Origin: Candidatus Anstonellales archaeon
Lineage (GTDB): Archaea > Micrarchaeota > Micrarchaeia > Anstonellales > J096
Assembly: GCA_038890615.1 (NCBI GenBank)
Contig: JAWAFI010000001.1
Location: forward strand, 66,611-130,610
Direction: 5' to 3'
DNA length: 64,000 nucleotides
The notes below the pieces were generated by a model. The model searched no databases, had not been told where the DNA came from, and saw only the letters and a list, made by a program, of their open reading frames with translations. The position numbers were made by a program, and so were the translations under genes. Positions 1 through 9,342 of this stretch are shown one piece after another (positions within the stretch are counted from its first letter, which is position 1; each line of letters starts with the position of its first letter).

Positions 1-1401
1 AACCAGCCGCCAACAGTAACCCTAAACGAGCCACTCAACAATAGCTACATAAACGAAACCTCTGATGTGGAATTTACATTTACAGCTGTGGATGATTCTA
101 CCTTTGTGTTGAATTGCACTCTTTATATTGACAATACACCTACACAGACAAAGTATGTAGTAAACAATACATTAAGCAGCATAATAGTGCATGGCCTTGG
201 ACCTGGGCACTATAGATGGTATGTGAATTGCAGCGATGGGGAGCTTAATGGAATATCAGAGACAAGGGATCTTTACATAGTGAATGTGCCGCCAGTTATT
301 ACTATAGTAAGCCCAGCAAACAACTCATTGCTTCCTTCAGGCACAAAAGAAGTAACTATAAACATTACTACAAATGAGAACGCCGTTTGCCAGTGGAGGC
401 CAGGTGAGGATTTTGAATTTGGAGCAGGTAATTCCTTTGATCAGACTGGAGAAAAAGTGCATCTCATAGAATTATTCGGACTGGATGATGGTGAGAATTT
501 CATATTCTACTATAGGTGCATGGATGCCTATGGAGCTGTTAGCGAACCTGCAGTGCATGTCTTTGGCGTTGCAATGCCCCAAGTTGGAGGAGGAGGCACT
601 GGAGAGAAAGCACACCGCCTATACATATTTCCAATAGACAGCATAAGCGCAAAGGTTGGGGAGATCAAAAATGTTGAAATAAAGGTAAAAAACAAAGGAG
701 ACTACACAGAAAGGAATGTAGTGGTTGAGCTTAAATGCCCATCCTCTTTGTCATGCGGCTCTGCAACCATTGGCACCTTATTGCAAGGGGAAGAAAAGGC
801 AGCAAGCATTCAGATAAGCGGAAGCTCAGTGGGAAGCTTCAGGGTGGATGTTTATGCAAAAAGCGACAGCACATCTGCTTCTGAGGACTTCACATTCGTA
901 GTAAGGGCAGAATGCATGGCTGACAGCGAGTGCGATCCCAATGAGAGGTGCGTAAATTCAATATGCGTAGAGAAAGTAGAGGAGCCAAAGCCAGAATCAG
1001 AATGCATGGCTGACAGCGAGTGCGATGCCAATGAGAGGTGCTTAGATGGAAAGTGCATTGAGATATCTTGCACCTGCGGCTACGTTTTGGACCATAAATG
1101 CATAAAATACGAATGCTGCGAAGACAAGGAATGTGGAAGCGGGAAGGTTTGCATAAACCACACTTGCCTAAATGCCCCACCAAAAGAAGAGAAGCCACCA
1201 GAGGTTGACCAACAAGGGCCACAGAATCCTCCTAGCAGCGCAGGGCAGGCGGCTCAGCAGCAAGAGCAAGCCGGGGATCAAGGAAAGCAAGAGAAGAAGG
1301 AAGAGCAGCCAAATTTAATAGGCTTGGTTTTGCTTGTAGCAGTAGGGGTTTTAATATTAGGAGGGGCTGCAGCTTACTTGGTCATGCAAAAGAAAAAGTG
1401 A
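1..1401 (+). CDS. Cell-surface protein, 5'-partial: Ig-like repeats, CARDB-like domain, Cys-rich repeats, C-terminal TM anchor
   Basis: Frame is open from base 1 (NQPPTVTLNEPLNNS...). Contains W-x-V-x-C-x-D Ig-like units, a GGGG linker, C-x-x-D-S-E-C repeats and a hydrophobic C-terminus ending in KKK. Confidence 0.7.
   Translation, partial: NQPPTVTLNEPLNNSYINETSDVEFTFTAVDDSTFVLNCTLYIDNTPTQTKYVVNNTLSSIIVHGLGPGHYRWYVNCSDGELNGISETRDLYIVNVPPVITIVSPANNSLLPSGTKEVTINITTNENAVCQWRPGEDFEFGAGNSFDQTGEKVHLIELFGLDDGENFIFYYRCMDAYGAVSEPAVHVFGVAMPQVGGGGTGEKAHRLYIFPIDSISAKVGEIKNVEIKVKNKGDYTERNVVVELKCPSSLSCGSATIGTLLQGEEKAASIQISGSSVGSFRVDVYAKSDSTSASEDFTFVVRAECMADSECDPNERCVNSICVEKVEEPKPESECMADSECDANERCLDGKCIEISCTCGYVLDHKCIKYECCEDKECGSGKVCINHTCLNAPPKEEKPPEVDQQGPQNPPSSAGQAAQQQEQAGDQGKQEKKEEQPNLIGLVLLVAVGVLILGGAAAYLVMQKKK
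908..1041 (+). repeat. Intragenic direct repeat, 2 x 44 bp (908-951 and 998-1041, 1 mismatch), encoding ECMADSECD(P/A)NERC
   Basis: cagaatgcatggctgacagcgagtgcgat(c/g)ccaatgagaggtgc read twice, 90 bp apart. Confidence 0.95.
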
Positions 1402-1519
1402 ATTTTTCTCTCGGCAAAGGGCAAAACTTAAAAAGCGATGTGCACATAGAGAAGGTGCTGGCGCTTGCTCTGCCCCATAGGTGTGGGAGCCTAGCAGGGG
1501 AAAAGAAGGCGCTGGTTAG

Positions 1520-4060
1520 GTGGCATTTATGGCTGATGCTAGACTCATTGGAAAAGGAGAGAAAACTAGGGAATTAGGGAGCGCAGGAATGGAGGCAATG
1601 TTTGCATACAAAAGCAAATTAGCGGAGAAATGCCCTGAGAGGTGGATTGAGAACTACAAGGAGCTTTATGCTTACTTAAAGGGCATGCAGGAAAGGGGGG
1701 AACTGCCAATCCACCCAAACTATCTAGGGGATAATGAATTGGCTAAGAGCATATATGAGAAAAAATATTATCTTAAAGACCTTAAAGAGAACAAAATAGA
1801 AAGCTGCCCTGAGGATGTTTTTGTTAGGCTTGCCTCATTCGTAGCAGCAGTGGAGGGGGATATAGAGCAGGCAAAGGAGCTTGCAGCAGTTTTCTACAGG
1901 CAAATGTACGATGGCCTTTGGCTCCCTGGGGGCAGGGTAATTGCAGGCGGAGGGGATCTCTACAGGCTCAAAACGTTGGCAAACTGCTTTGTTACTAAGA
2001 TAAAGGAGGACAACATAGAAAGCATCTACACTGCAGCATATGAGGCAGCAAGGACATATTCATATGGTGGAGGGATAGGAATAGACATAAGCTGCCTAAG
2101 GCCAAAAGGGAGCGTGGTTCATAACGCAGCAGACAGCTCAACCGGCTCTGTCAGCTTCATGGAGCTCTATTCAATGACTACCGGGTTGATAGGCCAGAGC
2201 GGGAGAAGGGGCGCATTAATGATAACAATAGATGTGAAGCACCCTGACATACTGGATTTCATAAGCATAAAGAGCGTGCCAAACTGGGTAACAGAGCAAA
2301 TAATACAGCAGCTCAAATGGAGCAAGAAGTTTTCAGAGGATGATCTGGAGGAGATAAAGAAGGCAATAATGGAGAATGTGCAGGTTAGGTTTGCTAACTT
2401 GAGCATAAAATTCAGCGATGAATTCTTCATGGCGCTGTTAGAGCAGGAGAAGTATGGAACTGAAGCTTACGTCTTATACAAGAAAAAGGAGAAAGGAAAA
2501 ATAATGGACATTTACCAACAAGAGAAGGTACATTACAGCTACGGCATACCTAGCAAAAAGATAGAGAATTATGAGTTTATTGGAGCATTCAGCACTATTG
2601 ATGAGCTTAATGATTACCTAGGAAGCACATACCACTACAAGGTGGAAGAGGCAGACCTGCTTGACCCAAAGAAAAGGGATGTGTATGGGGATTATGTAAT
2701 AGAAGCAGAGAACTATGGTTTTGACTTGGCAATAAGGAAGGCAGGGGACTTCCTGCTCTATTTTGGGAGCGAGCAAACAGGCAGCATAAAGAGGCTCATA
2801 AAGGCAAGGAAGATTTGGAATGCCTTCCTTGAAGGCAACTACAGGGCTGCAGAGCCAGGGCTTATATTTTGGACTAGGATGAAAAGATATAGCCCGAGTG
2901 ATTATGTTGGGAGGCCCATACTAGGCACAAACCCATGCAGCGAAGTGCCCTTGGAAGATGGGGGCGCTTGCAACCTAGGTAGCATAAACCTTAGCAGGTT
3001 TGTCGCTAACCCATTCAAGGAGGATGCAGAGATAGAATGGGAGAAGTTAAGGGAAGCAGTAAGAGGTGCAGTAAGATTCTTGGACAATGTGGTGGAATGG
3101 AATATATACTTGCATCCATTGGAAAAGCAGAAGATTGCATCAAAGGAAACTAGGAGGATAGGGTTGGGGGTTATGGGCATAGCAGACATGTTCTTCCAGC
3201 TTGGGCTGGGGTACGACAGCGAGGCAGGGTTGGCTGTGTTTGAGGAAGTGGCAAGGTTCATAGCAAATGAAGCTTATAAGACAAGCGCTGATTTGGCAAT
3301 GGAAAAGGGCCCTTTCCCAATCTACAAGTTTGAAGAGTATTGCAGAAACCCGTTCTTTCTTGAAGCGCTCAACCCTGAGACGCAGGTGGAGATACAGAAG
3401 AAAGGGCTAAGGAATGTAGCTCTGCTAAGCATAGCACCTACTGGCACAATCTCAAACATAGCAAAGAGCTTTGAGCTAAATGACAACAACTACTTTGGTA
3501 TTTCAGGGGGGATAGAGCCATTGTTTGCTCTATTCTATTCAAGGAGGAGCGAAAGCTTTGGCAACAGGGTGTTCAAAGTCTTCCACTCAACTGTGCAAGC
3601 ATACCTGGACAGCAAAGGGATAGGCAATCTTGCACAGGAAGCAGCAGGCATAGAGGAGCTTAAGCAGTTCCTTCCTGAGTACTTCTTCAGGACAGCCCAT
3701 ACATTAGACCCTACTATGAGGGTTAGGATACAGGGAATTGCGCAGAAGTACGTGGACCATAGCATAAGCTCAACTGTGAACCTTGCAGAGGACATAGAGC
3801 CAGAGGTAATAAGCAAAATATACATTGATGCATGGAAGCACGGTCTAAAAGGCATAACGGTGTACAGGGAGGGAAGCAGGTACCCAATACTCAGCACAGA
3901 TGGGCCACCAAGCAACTTTGCGAAGTACAAAAACAAGAAATTCAAGATAAGGAGCAACGGGAACGAGATAGTAGGCAAGGGGAGCGATGTTTTGGTCCTT
4001 CCTGACGGGAAGCTTACAACAGTGTACCACTTGCTTGTGGAAAAGGGGATTGTAAAGTAG
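1520..4060 (+). CDS. nrdJ: Class II (adenosylcobalamin-dependent) ribonucleotide reductase, catalytic subunit (NrdJa-like); true start may be ATG 1589
   Basis: Motifs LANCFV, GGGIG, RRGA, TNPCSE (thiyl-radical Cys), ACNLGSINL, IAPTGTIS, KGITVYREGSR. Confidence 0.92.
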   Translation: MAFMADARLIGKGEKTRELGSAGMEAMFAYKSKLAEKCPERWIENYKELYAYLKGMQERGELPIHPNYLGDNELAKSIYEKKYYLKDLKENKIESCPEDVFVRLASFVAAVEGDIEQAKELAAVFYRQMYDGLWLPGGRVIAGGGDLYRLKTLANCFVTKIKEDNIESIYTAAYEAARTYSYGGGIGIDISCLRPKGSVVHNAADSSTGSVSFMELYSMTTGLIGQSGRRGALMITIDVKHPDILDFISIKSVPNWVTEQIIQQLKWSKKFSEDDLEEIKKAIMENVQVRFANLSIKFSDEFFMALLEQEKYGTEAYVLYKKKEKGKIMDIYQQEKVHYSYGIPSKKIENYEFIGAFSTIDELNDYLGSTYHYKVEEADLLDPKKRDVYGDYVIEAENYGFDLAIRKAGDFLLYFGSEQTGSIKRLIKARKIWNAFLEGNYRAAEPGLIFWTRMKRYSPSDYVGRPILGTNPCSEVPLEDGGACNLGSINLSRFVANPFKEDAEIEWEKLREAVRGAVRFLDNVVEWNIYLHPLEKQKIASKETRRIGLGVMGIADMFFQLGLGYDSEAGLAVFEEVARFIANEAYKTSADLAMEKGPFPIYKFEEYCRNPFFLEALNPETQVEIQKKGLRNVALLSIAPTGTISNIAKSFELNDNNYFGISGGIEPLFALFYSRRSESFGNRVFKVFHSTVQAYLDSKGIGNLAQEAAGIEELKQFLPEYFFRTAHTLDPTMRVRIQGIAQKYVDHSISSTVNLAEDIEPEVISKIYIDAWKHGLKGITVYREGSRYPILSTDGPPSNFAKYKNKKFKIRSNGNEIVGKGSDVLVLPDGKLTTVYHLLVEKGIVK

Positions 4061-4068
4061 GTGATAAA

Positions 4069-4698
4069 ATGCATGAGATAAGCACTCTTGATAACTTGGA
4101 GTTTGAGGAGCTCATTGAGACGCAGAAAGGCAAGGAGATGATAAAGGCAAAGCAGGAGCAGAGGCCATATGTGCTAAGCTCAAGGGTTTACAAGCTGAAG
4201 AGCGTTTTTGTTGATTATGCAATTTATATAACGCTTTCTTATATTGAGGAAGAGGATGGCACCAAGAGGCCTCACGAGATATTCATAAACAGCAAGGACT
4301 TGAGCAGGGCAGCAGAATACACTGTGCTGACTAGGCTGATATCAGCAATATTCAGGAGGAGCGAGAATCCAACATTCATAATAGAGGAGCTAAAGAGCAT
4401 CTATGACCCAAACGGGGGGAGATTCAAGGATGGGAAATACATAGCTTCAATATATGCAGAGATAGCATATGTGCTGGAGGATTTCTTTGCTGAATTGGGG
4501 CTTCTGAAGAAGAAAGAGCCAGTAAGCACCACCTTGCTCACCTTTGCCTATCCTAACATATTTGAAGGGAAGAAAGAGGAGAAGGATGTGAACCTTTCCC
4601 TAAAGATATGCCCGAAGTGCAACCAGAAGACGCTTAAGGTGGAGAATGCGTGCCTTACATGTGTAAATACTGAATGCAATTATAGCAAGTGCGACTAG
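4069..4698 (+). CDS. Class II RNR small C-terminal subunit (NrdJb/TSCPD-like) with Zn ribbon
   Basis: RPHEIFINSK, LTRLISAIFR, EELKSIYDP and C-terminal CPKC...C..C..YSKC. Has its own GGTGA SD site directly after the nrdJ stop. Confidence 0.85.
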   Translation: MHEISTLDNLEFEELIETQKGKEMIKAKQEQRPYVLSSRVYKLKSVFVDYAIYITLSYIEEEDGTKRPHEIFINSKDLSRAAEYTVLTRLISAIFRRSENPTFIIEELKSIYDPNGGRFKDGKYIASIYAEIAYVLEDFFAELGLLKKKEPVSTTLLTFAYPNIFEGKKEEKDVNLSLKICPKCNQKTLKVENACLTCVNTECNYSKCD

Positions 4699-4771
4699 CT
4701 GTATCTATAGATACAAAAAGGCCAAAGGCAAGGCAAAGCTTTTTATATTGTTATGATAGAGAGCATTTTTT

Positions 4772-5068
4772 ATGAAACTGCCAATAGCTGAATTGAGGAA
4801 AGGCAAGTTTGAAGGGGAGGTCCAAGGCACCATAGTAGAGATGGGCGAAGCAAAGGATGTAATGAGCAGGTATGGCACTAGCCTAAGAGTTGCAAACGGT
4901 GTGCTTGAAGACGAAAGCGGCAAAATAGGATTGGCGCTCTGGAACGATGACATAGAAAGGTTCAAGCCAGGAGACAGGGTAAAGATAACCAATGGCTATG
5001 TTTCTGAATTCAGAGGGGAGCTAAAGGTTTCAGGAAGCAAAGGCGTGCCTATAGAGAAGATTGAGTAG
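4772..5068 (+). CDS. Single OB-fold ssDNA-binding protein (SSB/RPA-like)
   Basis: LEDESGKIGLALWNDD...GDRVKITNGYVSEFRGEL OB-fold signature. Confidence 0.85.
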   Translation: MKLPIAELRKGKFEGEVQGTIVEMGEAKDVMSRYGTSLRVANGVLEDESGKIGLALWNDDIERFKPGDRVKITNGYVSEFRGELKVSGSKGVPIEKIE

Positions 5069-5070
5069 GT

Positions 5071-6294
5071 ATGAAAGGAAGGATAGGAAGCCCTAGAAAG
5101 TATGATGCAATAATAGTTGGAGGCGGCCCAGCAGGGTGCTCAACAGCCCTCTACTGCGCAAGGAAGGGCTTCAATGTCCTGCTGATTGAAAAGGAAAGGT
5201 TCCCAAGGGACAAGGTATGTGGGGATGGGCTGAGCGGAAAAACAGCTGGAATACTCAAGGAGCTTGGGCTCTGGGAAAAGGTTGCAAAGCTGCCGCATGG
5301 CCCAGGGAACGGGGCTATCCTCTCCTCGCCAAAAGGCGTGGAGCTTGAGGTAAGCGCGCCTTCTACTGGCTATGTATGCAGGAGGCTCTATTTTGATGAG
5401 ATGCTTTTCAAGGAAGCAAAAAAGAGGGTTGAGGCAAAGGAAGGGTGGAGGGCAGTTGACCTGCTCTGGGAAAACGGAAAGGTGGTTGGGGTGAGGGCTT
5501 CGGGGGAGGGGAAGGAGGAAAACTTTTATGCTGATGTGGTGGTTGGCGCTGACGGGGCAGGAAGCATAGTAGCAAGCAAGGTAGGGCAAGGAAGGAGCGA
5601 CCCTGAGCACTCAGTAGTCGCAGTAAGGTGCTATTTTGACAACGTGAAGGGGCTGAGGGACAAGATCGAAATACATTTTGTGGACGAGCTCCTTCCAGGG
5701 TATTTCTGGATATTCCCTATAGGAGGGAAGAAAGCCAATGTAGGGGTTGGCATGCTGCTCAAAGACCAAAGAGATAAGAAGGTTGACCTTAGGAAGGCGC
5801 TTGAGGCAGTTATGGCTTCCCCTAAATTCAAGGAAAGGTTCGCAAAAGCTAAGCAAATCGGGAAGTTTGAGGGATGGGGGCTTCCTTTGGCAACAATGCC
5901 AAGGAAAAGGCACGGCAATGGATACCTACTTGTAGGCGATGCTGGCTCAATGATAGACCCATTTACTGGCGAAGGCATAGGAAACGCCCTTTTGACAGGA
6001 AAGCTTGCTGCAGAGACAATAGCAGAAGCAAAGAGGAAAGGTGACTTCAGCAGCAACAGCCTAAAGGTTTACTCTGAATTGATAGAGGAAGAACTAGGCG
6101 AAGAGATAAGGGTTATGCACAACCTCCAGAAAGCAGGAAGGCACAAGTGGCTTCTCAACATGGTCTTTGACAAGGCAAGCAAAAACCCTGAGCTTAAGCA
6201 GTTCATAACATCAAGCATTGTTGAGCAGAATGCAAGCGAAGGGAAGAAAAGGCTATTGAGCCCAGAGTTCTTATTAAAGGTGCTGCTTTCTTAG
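5071..6294 (+). CDS. Geranylgeranyl reductase family flavoprotein
   Basis: GGGPAG FAD motif, PRDKVCGDG, VVGADG, GYFWIFP, LVGDAGSMIDPFTGEGI. Confidence 0.88.
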   Translation: MKGRIGSPRKYDAIIVGGGPAGCSTALYCARKGFNVLLIEKERFPRDKVCGDGLSGKTAGILKELGLWEKVAKLPHGPGNGAILSSPKGVELEVSAPSTGYVCRRLYFDEMLFKEAKKRVEAKEGWRAVDLLWENGKVVGVRASGEGKEENFYADVVVGADGAGSIVASKVGQGRSDPEHSVVAVRCYFDNVKGLRDKIEIHFVDELLPGYFWIFPIGGKKANVGVGMLLKDQRDKKVDLRKALEAVMASPKFKERFAKAKQIGKFEGWGLPLATMPRKRHGNGYLLVGDAGSMIDPFTGEGIGNALLTGKLAAETIAEAKRKGDFSSNSLKVYSELIEEELGEEIRVMHNLQKAGRHKWLLNMVFDKASKNPELKQFITSSIVEQNASEGKKRLLSPEFLLKVLLS

Positions 6295-6295
6295 C

Positions 6296-6574
6296 TTAAG
6301 ATAAGAAAAGCACTATAGCAACAACAAGGTAAGGAAGCATAAGCTGAAGCCCTTCAAGCCGGTTCATCCCACCATCCCTTGCAACCTCGTTGATAAGAAG
6401 CACAGAAGCCACTATCACTGTTATCTCAACCGGAGCGAAAATAAGGTTCAATGGCGTGCCTGAAAGGGTGCCAAGGATTACCAAAACAGGAGCAAAGAAA
6501 TTCGGCGTAAGGTAAGGAGCTACGACCGCTGCAAGTGCAAAGGCAAGCGCAATGATCTCAGGGGCTTTTGGCAT
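6296..6574 (-). pseudogene. Internally deleted or miniature Ca2+/H+ antiporter (CAX/ChaA-like)
   Basis: APVLVIL...LIFAPVE...SVLLINEVARDGGMNRLEGLQLM..Y resembles the CAX C-terminal DG-x-x-N-x-LEG segment, but the ORF is only 92 aa. Confidence 0.6.
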
Positions 6575-6632
6575 TGGCGTATTAATGAGAAAGTATTTAA
6601 AATGCAGATGAGTTATGCTAAAAGGTGGTTAG

Positions 6633-7055
6633 ATGGGACTCATAGATGAGCTCTTTGGAAAGCAGGAGAAGAAGGTTGACGCAGAGCAAAACCCTTTTAG
6701 GGTTGCAACAAGGTTCGTTCCCCTTAAGCTTTATGCAAAGCAAAGGAGCAGGACTACGCTTTTCATAGGTGTGAAGAACAACACCAAGGATGAGCAGCTC
6801 ATTTCAATAGACATGTTCATGCCAAGTGGCACTAGCGGGGTTGGATTTGATGCCACAGGGCTTACGAAGAAAAGGGAGATAAAGGTAGGCAAGATAAAAG
6901 GGGGGGAGATGAAGGAGGTTAGTGTTGACATCTTCAGCAACGGCCAGGCGCAGGCAAAGCCTTGCGACATTGAGATGATAGTTTACCTCCACTACCTTGA
7001 CTATGACAAGGTGCTGAGGTACTTAAAGAAGGTGGAAAGGGTACAGGTAGTTTGA
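6633..7055 (+). CDS. Hypothetical protein (possible beta-sandwich)
   Basis: 140-aa ORF with GGTGG SD-like site; overlaps the glyA start. Confidence 0.6.
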   Translation: MGLIDELFGKQEKKVDAEQNPFRVATRFVPLKLYAKQRSRTTLFIGVKNNTKDEQLISIDMFMPSGTSGVGFDATGLTKKREIKVGKIKGGEMKEVSVDIFSNGQAQAKPCDIEMIVYLHYLDYDKVLRYLKKVERVQVV

Positions 7056-8251
7056 TGGATAAAGAGATAGAAGCCTTAATTGGGAAGGAGGTAGAGAGGC
7101 AGAAGAAGGAGCTCTGCCTAATTGCATCTGAAAACTACGCAAGCAAGGAAGTGCTTTTGGCAATGGGTACAGTGCTAAGCAACAAGTATGCTGAGGGCTA
7201 CCCAGGGAAAAGATACTATGCAGGCAACAGGTTTATAGATGAGATAGAAAACATAGCAATAGAAAGGGCCAAGAAGCTATTTGGCATGGAGCATGCGAAT
7301 GTGCAGCCCCATTCAGGCTCCTCTGCCAACCTTGCTGCCTACTCAGCAATTATGAGCCCAGGCGACAAGCTAATGGGGCTTGAGCTAAGCCATGGGGGCC
7401 ACCTCACTCATGGAAGCAAAGCAAACCTTTCAGGAAAGCTTTACTCTGTGGTATCCTTTGGAGTAGACAGGAAAACAGAGCGGATTGATTTTGATGAAGT
7501 GGAAAGGAAGGCAAAGGAAGAAAAGCCGAAAGCAATAATCGCAGGCTTCACTGCTTATCCAAGGAAAGTGGATTTCAAAAGGTTCAAAGAGATTGCTGAC
7601 TTGGTTGGGGCAAAGCTTGTTGCTGACATATCCCATATTGCAGGCCTTGTTGCAGCAGGGGTGCACGAAAGCGCATCAATGGCTGATGTTGTAACCACTA
7701 CAACCCACAAAACATTAAGGGGGCCAAGAGGGGCAGTTGTAATGTGCCATGAGCACCTTGCAAAGGAGATAGACAGGGCTGTATTCCCAGGGATGCAAGG
7801 GGGGCCGCTTGAGAATGTTATTGCAGCAAAGGCGATTGCATTCAGGGAGGCAATGGAGCCCTCTTTCAAGGCATATGCAGAGAAAGTGGTGGAGAACGCA
7901 AAGGCCCTTGCTTCTGCAATGCAGGAAAGGGGCTATAGGCTTGTAAGCGGCGGCACTGATACCCACCTTATTCTCGTTGACCTCCAAGGGAAGCTCAGTG
8001 GAAAGGAGGCGCAGGAGCGGCTTGAGGCAAGCGGCATAATCTTAAATAGGAACACAATCCCATATGATACCCAATCCCCATTCATCACTAGCGGCATAAG
8101 GATGGGTACTGCGGCAGCAACAACAAGGGGAATGGGAAGGGCAGAGATGGAACGGATAGCAGAGCTCATAGACAGAGGCATAAATGGGGAGAATGTAAGG
8201 GAAGAGGTTGAAGAGCTAACCTCTAGGTTCCCTATATACGGTGATATTTGA
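7052..8251 (+). CDS. glyA: Serine hydroxymethyltransferase
   Basis: [47 protein letters not shown] (PLP Lys). Confidence 0.97.
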   Translation: MMDKEIEALIGKEVERQKKELCLIASENYASKEVLLAMGTVLSNKYAEGYPGKRYYAGNRFIDEIENIAIERAKKLFGMEHANVQPHSGSSANLAAYSAIMSPGDKLMGLELSHGGHLTHGSKANLSGKLYSVVSFGVDRKTERIDFDEVERKAKEEKPKAIIAGFTAYPRKVDFKRFKEIADLVGAKLVADISHIAGLVAAGVHESASMADVVTTTTHKTLRGPRGAVVMCHEHLAKEIDRAVFPGMQGGPLENVIAAKAIAFREAMEPSFKAYAEKVVENAKALASAMQERGYRLVSGGTDTHLILVDLQGKLSGKEAQERLEASGIILNRNTIPYDTQSPFITSGIRMGTAAATTRGMGRAEMERIAELIDRGINGENVREEVEELTSRFPIYGDI

Positions 8252-8811
8252 TGAAGCTCGTTTGCTTTGACTTGGACGAAACGCTGTGCAACCTACACCT
8301 CCCTAAGAATAGAGTTACAGAAGAGGCAAAGCGCATAATTGGCAAAAAGGACAATAGGATAAGGGAGCTCTGGAACATTTATGAGCTTTATCCAAAGGAA
8401 GCAGAGGCAAAGAAGATGGAGCTTGATTCAATGCTGCGCAGGTACGAAAGGCGATGCATAGAAAAAGAGGTTGTTGAGCCCATAAAGGAAGGCATGGAAA
8501 TGCTTAAGATGTGCAAAGGAAAGGCAAAGGTTGCAATTGTCTCAAACAACAACCTCGCAACTATCAAGGAAGTGGCTGGCCAGCTTGGAATAAGGGCTGA
8601 GTATTTCATAGGAAGGGATTGCGTTAAAAAGCCAAAGCCAGAGCCAGATATGGTGATTGAGGCGATGAATGCTCTTGGAGCTGAAAGGAAGGACACTGTG
8701 CTCGTAGGCGACAGCGTCTTTGACTCAATAACTGCAGTTAACGCAGGAATTGCATGCATTGTGGTTGTTGGATGGGAAGGCGCAAAAAAAACCCTTGAGG
8801 CGATGCTATGA
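8248..8811 (+). CDS. HAD-superfamily hydrolase (phosphatase)
   Basis: FDLDETL motif I, KPKPEP, VGDSVFD. Confidence 0.85.
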   Translation: MMKLVCFDLDETLCNLHLPKNRVTEEAKRIIGKKDNRIRELWNIYELYPKEAEAKKMELDSMLRRYERRCIEKEVVEPIKEGMEMLKMCKGKAKVAIVSNNNLATIKEVAGQLGIRAEYFIGRDCVKKPKPEPDMVIEAMNALGAERKDTVLVGDSVFDSITAVNAGIACIVVVGWEGAKKTLEAML

Positions 8812-9320
8812 TTGATTTCATAAACACTATTTTGTACATACTGCCTGCATACGTTGCAAACTCTTCCCCAGTAGTGCTTGGGGGCGGGGATGCAATAGAC
8901 AGGGGGGCAAAGATAGGGAATAACAGGGTGCTGGGAAAAAGCAAGACAATAATGGGCTTCTTTGGCGGCCTGTTCGCAGGCGTGCTAATTGCAGCAATTC
9001 TTGCATATGCTGTTGAGATACCTTTTTTCCCCTCAAGAAACTACCAGCTTTATGGAGGCATTGCCCTCTCTTTTGGCACGGTGGTTGGGGATTTAGCAGG
9101 GAGCTTCATTAAGAGGAGGATGGGTATAGAAGAAGGAAAGCCCTTCATATTGGACCAGTTTGCCTTCCTAATAGTTGCGCTCCTTTTTGCATACCCATTC
9201 ACGATGATCCCCTTCTACAGCTGGGACAACCTGCTCTACCTTGCTGTGCTAACTTATGTGCTCCATATCGGCTCAAATATAGTTGCAAACAGGCTTGGGA
9301 TAAAGAAAGTGCCGTGGTAG
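8808..9320 (+). CDS. carS: CDP-archaeol synthase
   Basis: PAYVANSSP, LGKSKT..G, GDLAGSFIKRR, LDQ, H..SN...GIKKVPW. Confidence 0.9.
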   Translation: MIDFINTILYILPAYVANSSPVVLGGGDAIDRGAKIGNNRVLGKSKTIMGFFGGLFAGVLIAAILAYAVEIPFFPSRNYQLYGGIALSFGTVVGDLAGSFIKRRMGIEEGKPFILDQFAFLIVALLFAYPFTMIPFYSWDNLLYLAVLTYVLHIGSNIVANRLGIKKVPW

Positions 9321-9342
9321 CAAAATGCGCACGCAATAATGC

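Noticed and set aside
1402..1590. Cobalamin riboswitch upstream of the B12-dependent RNR
   Set aside because: The B12-box and conserved core motifs were not recognisable. Kept only as a generic structured-leader candidate.
2270..2745. Intein in nrdJ
   Set aside because: No C/S-start and HN-C/S/T end motifs and no homing endonuclease signature.
4058..4071. Stop-codon readthrough or recoding fusing NrdJa and NrdJb
   Set aside because: The genes are in different frames and the second has its own SD site and ATG.
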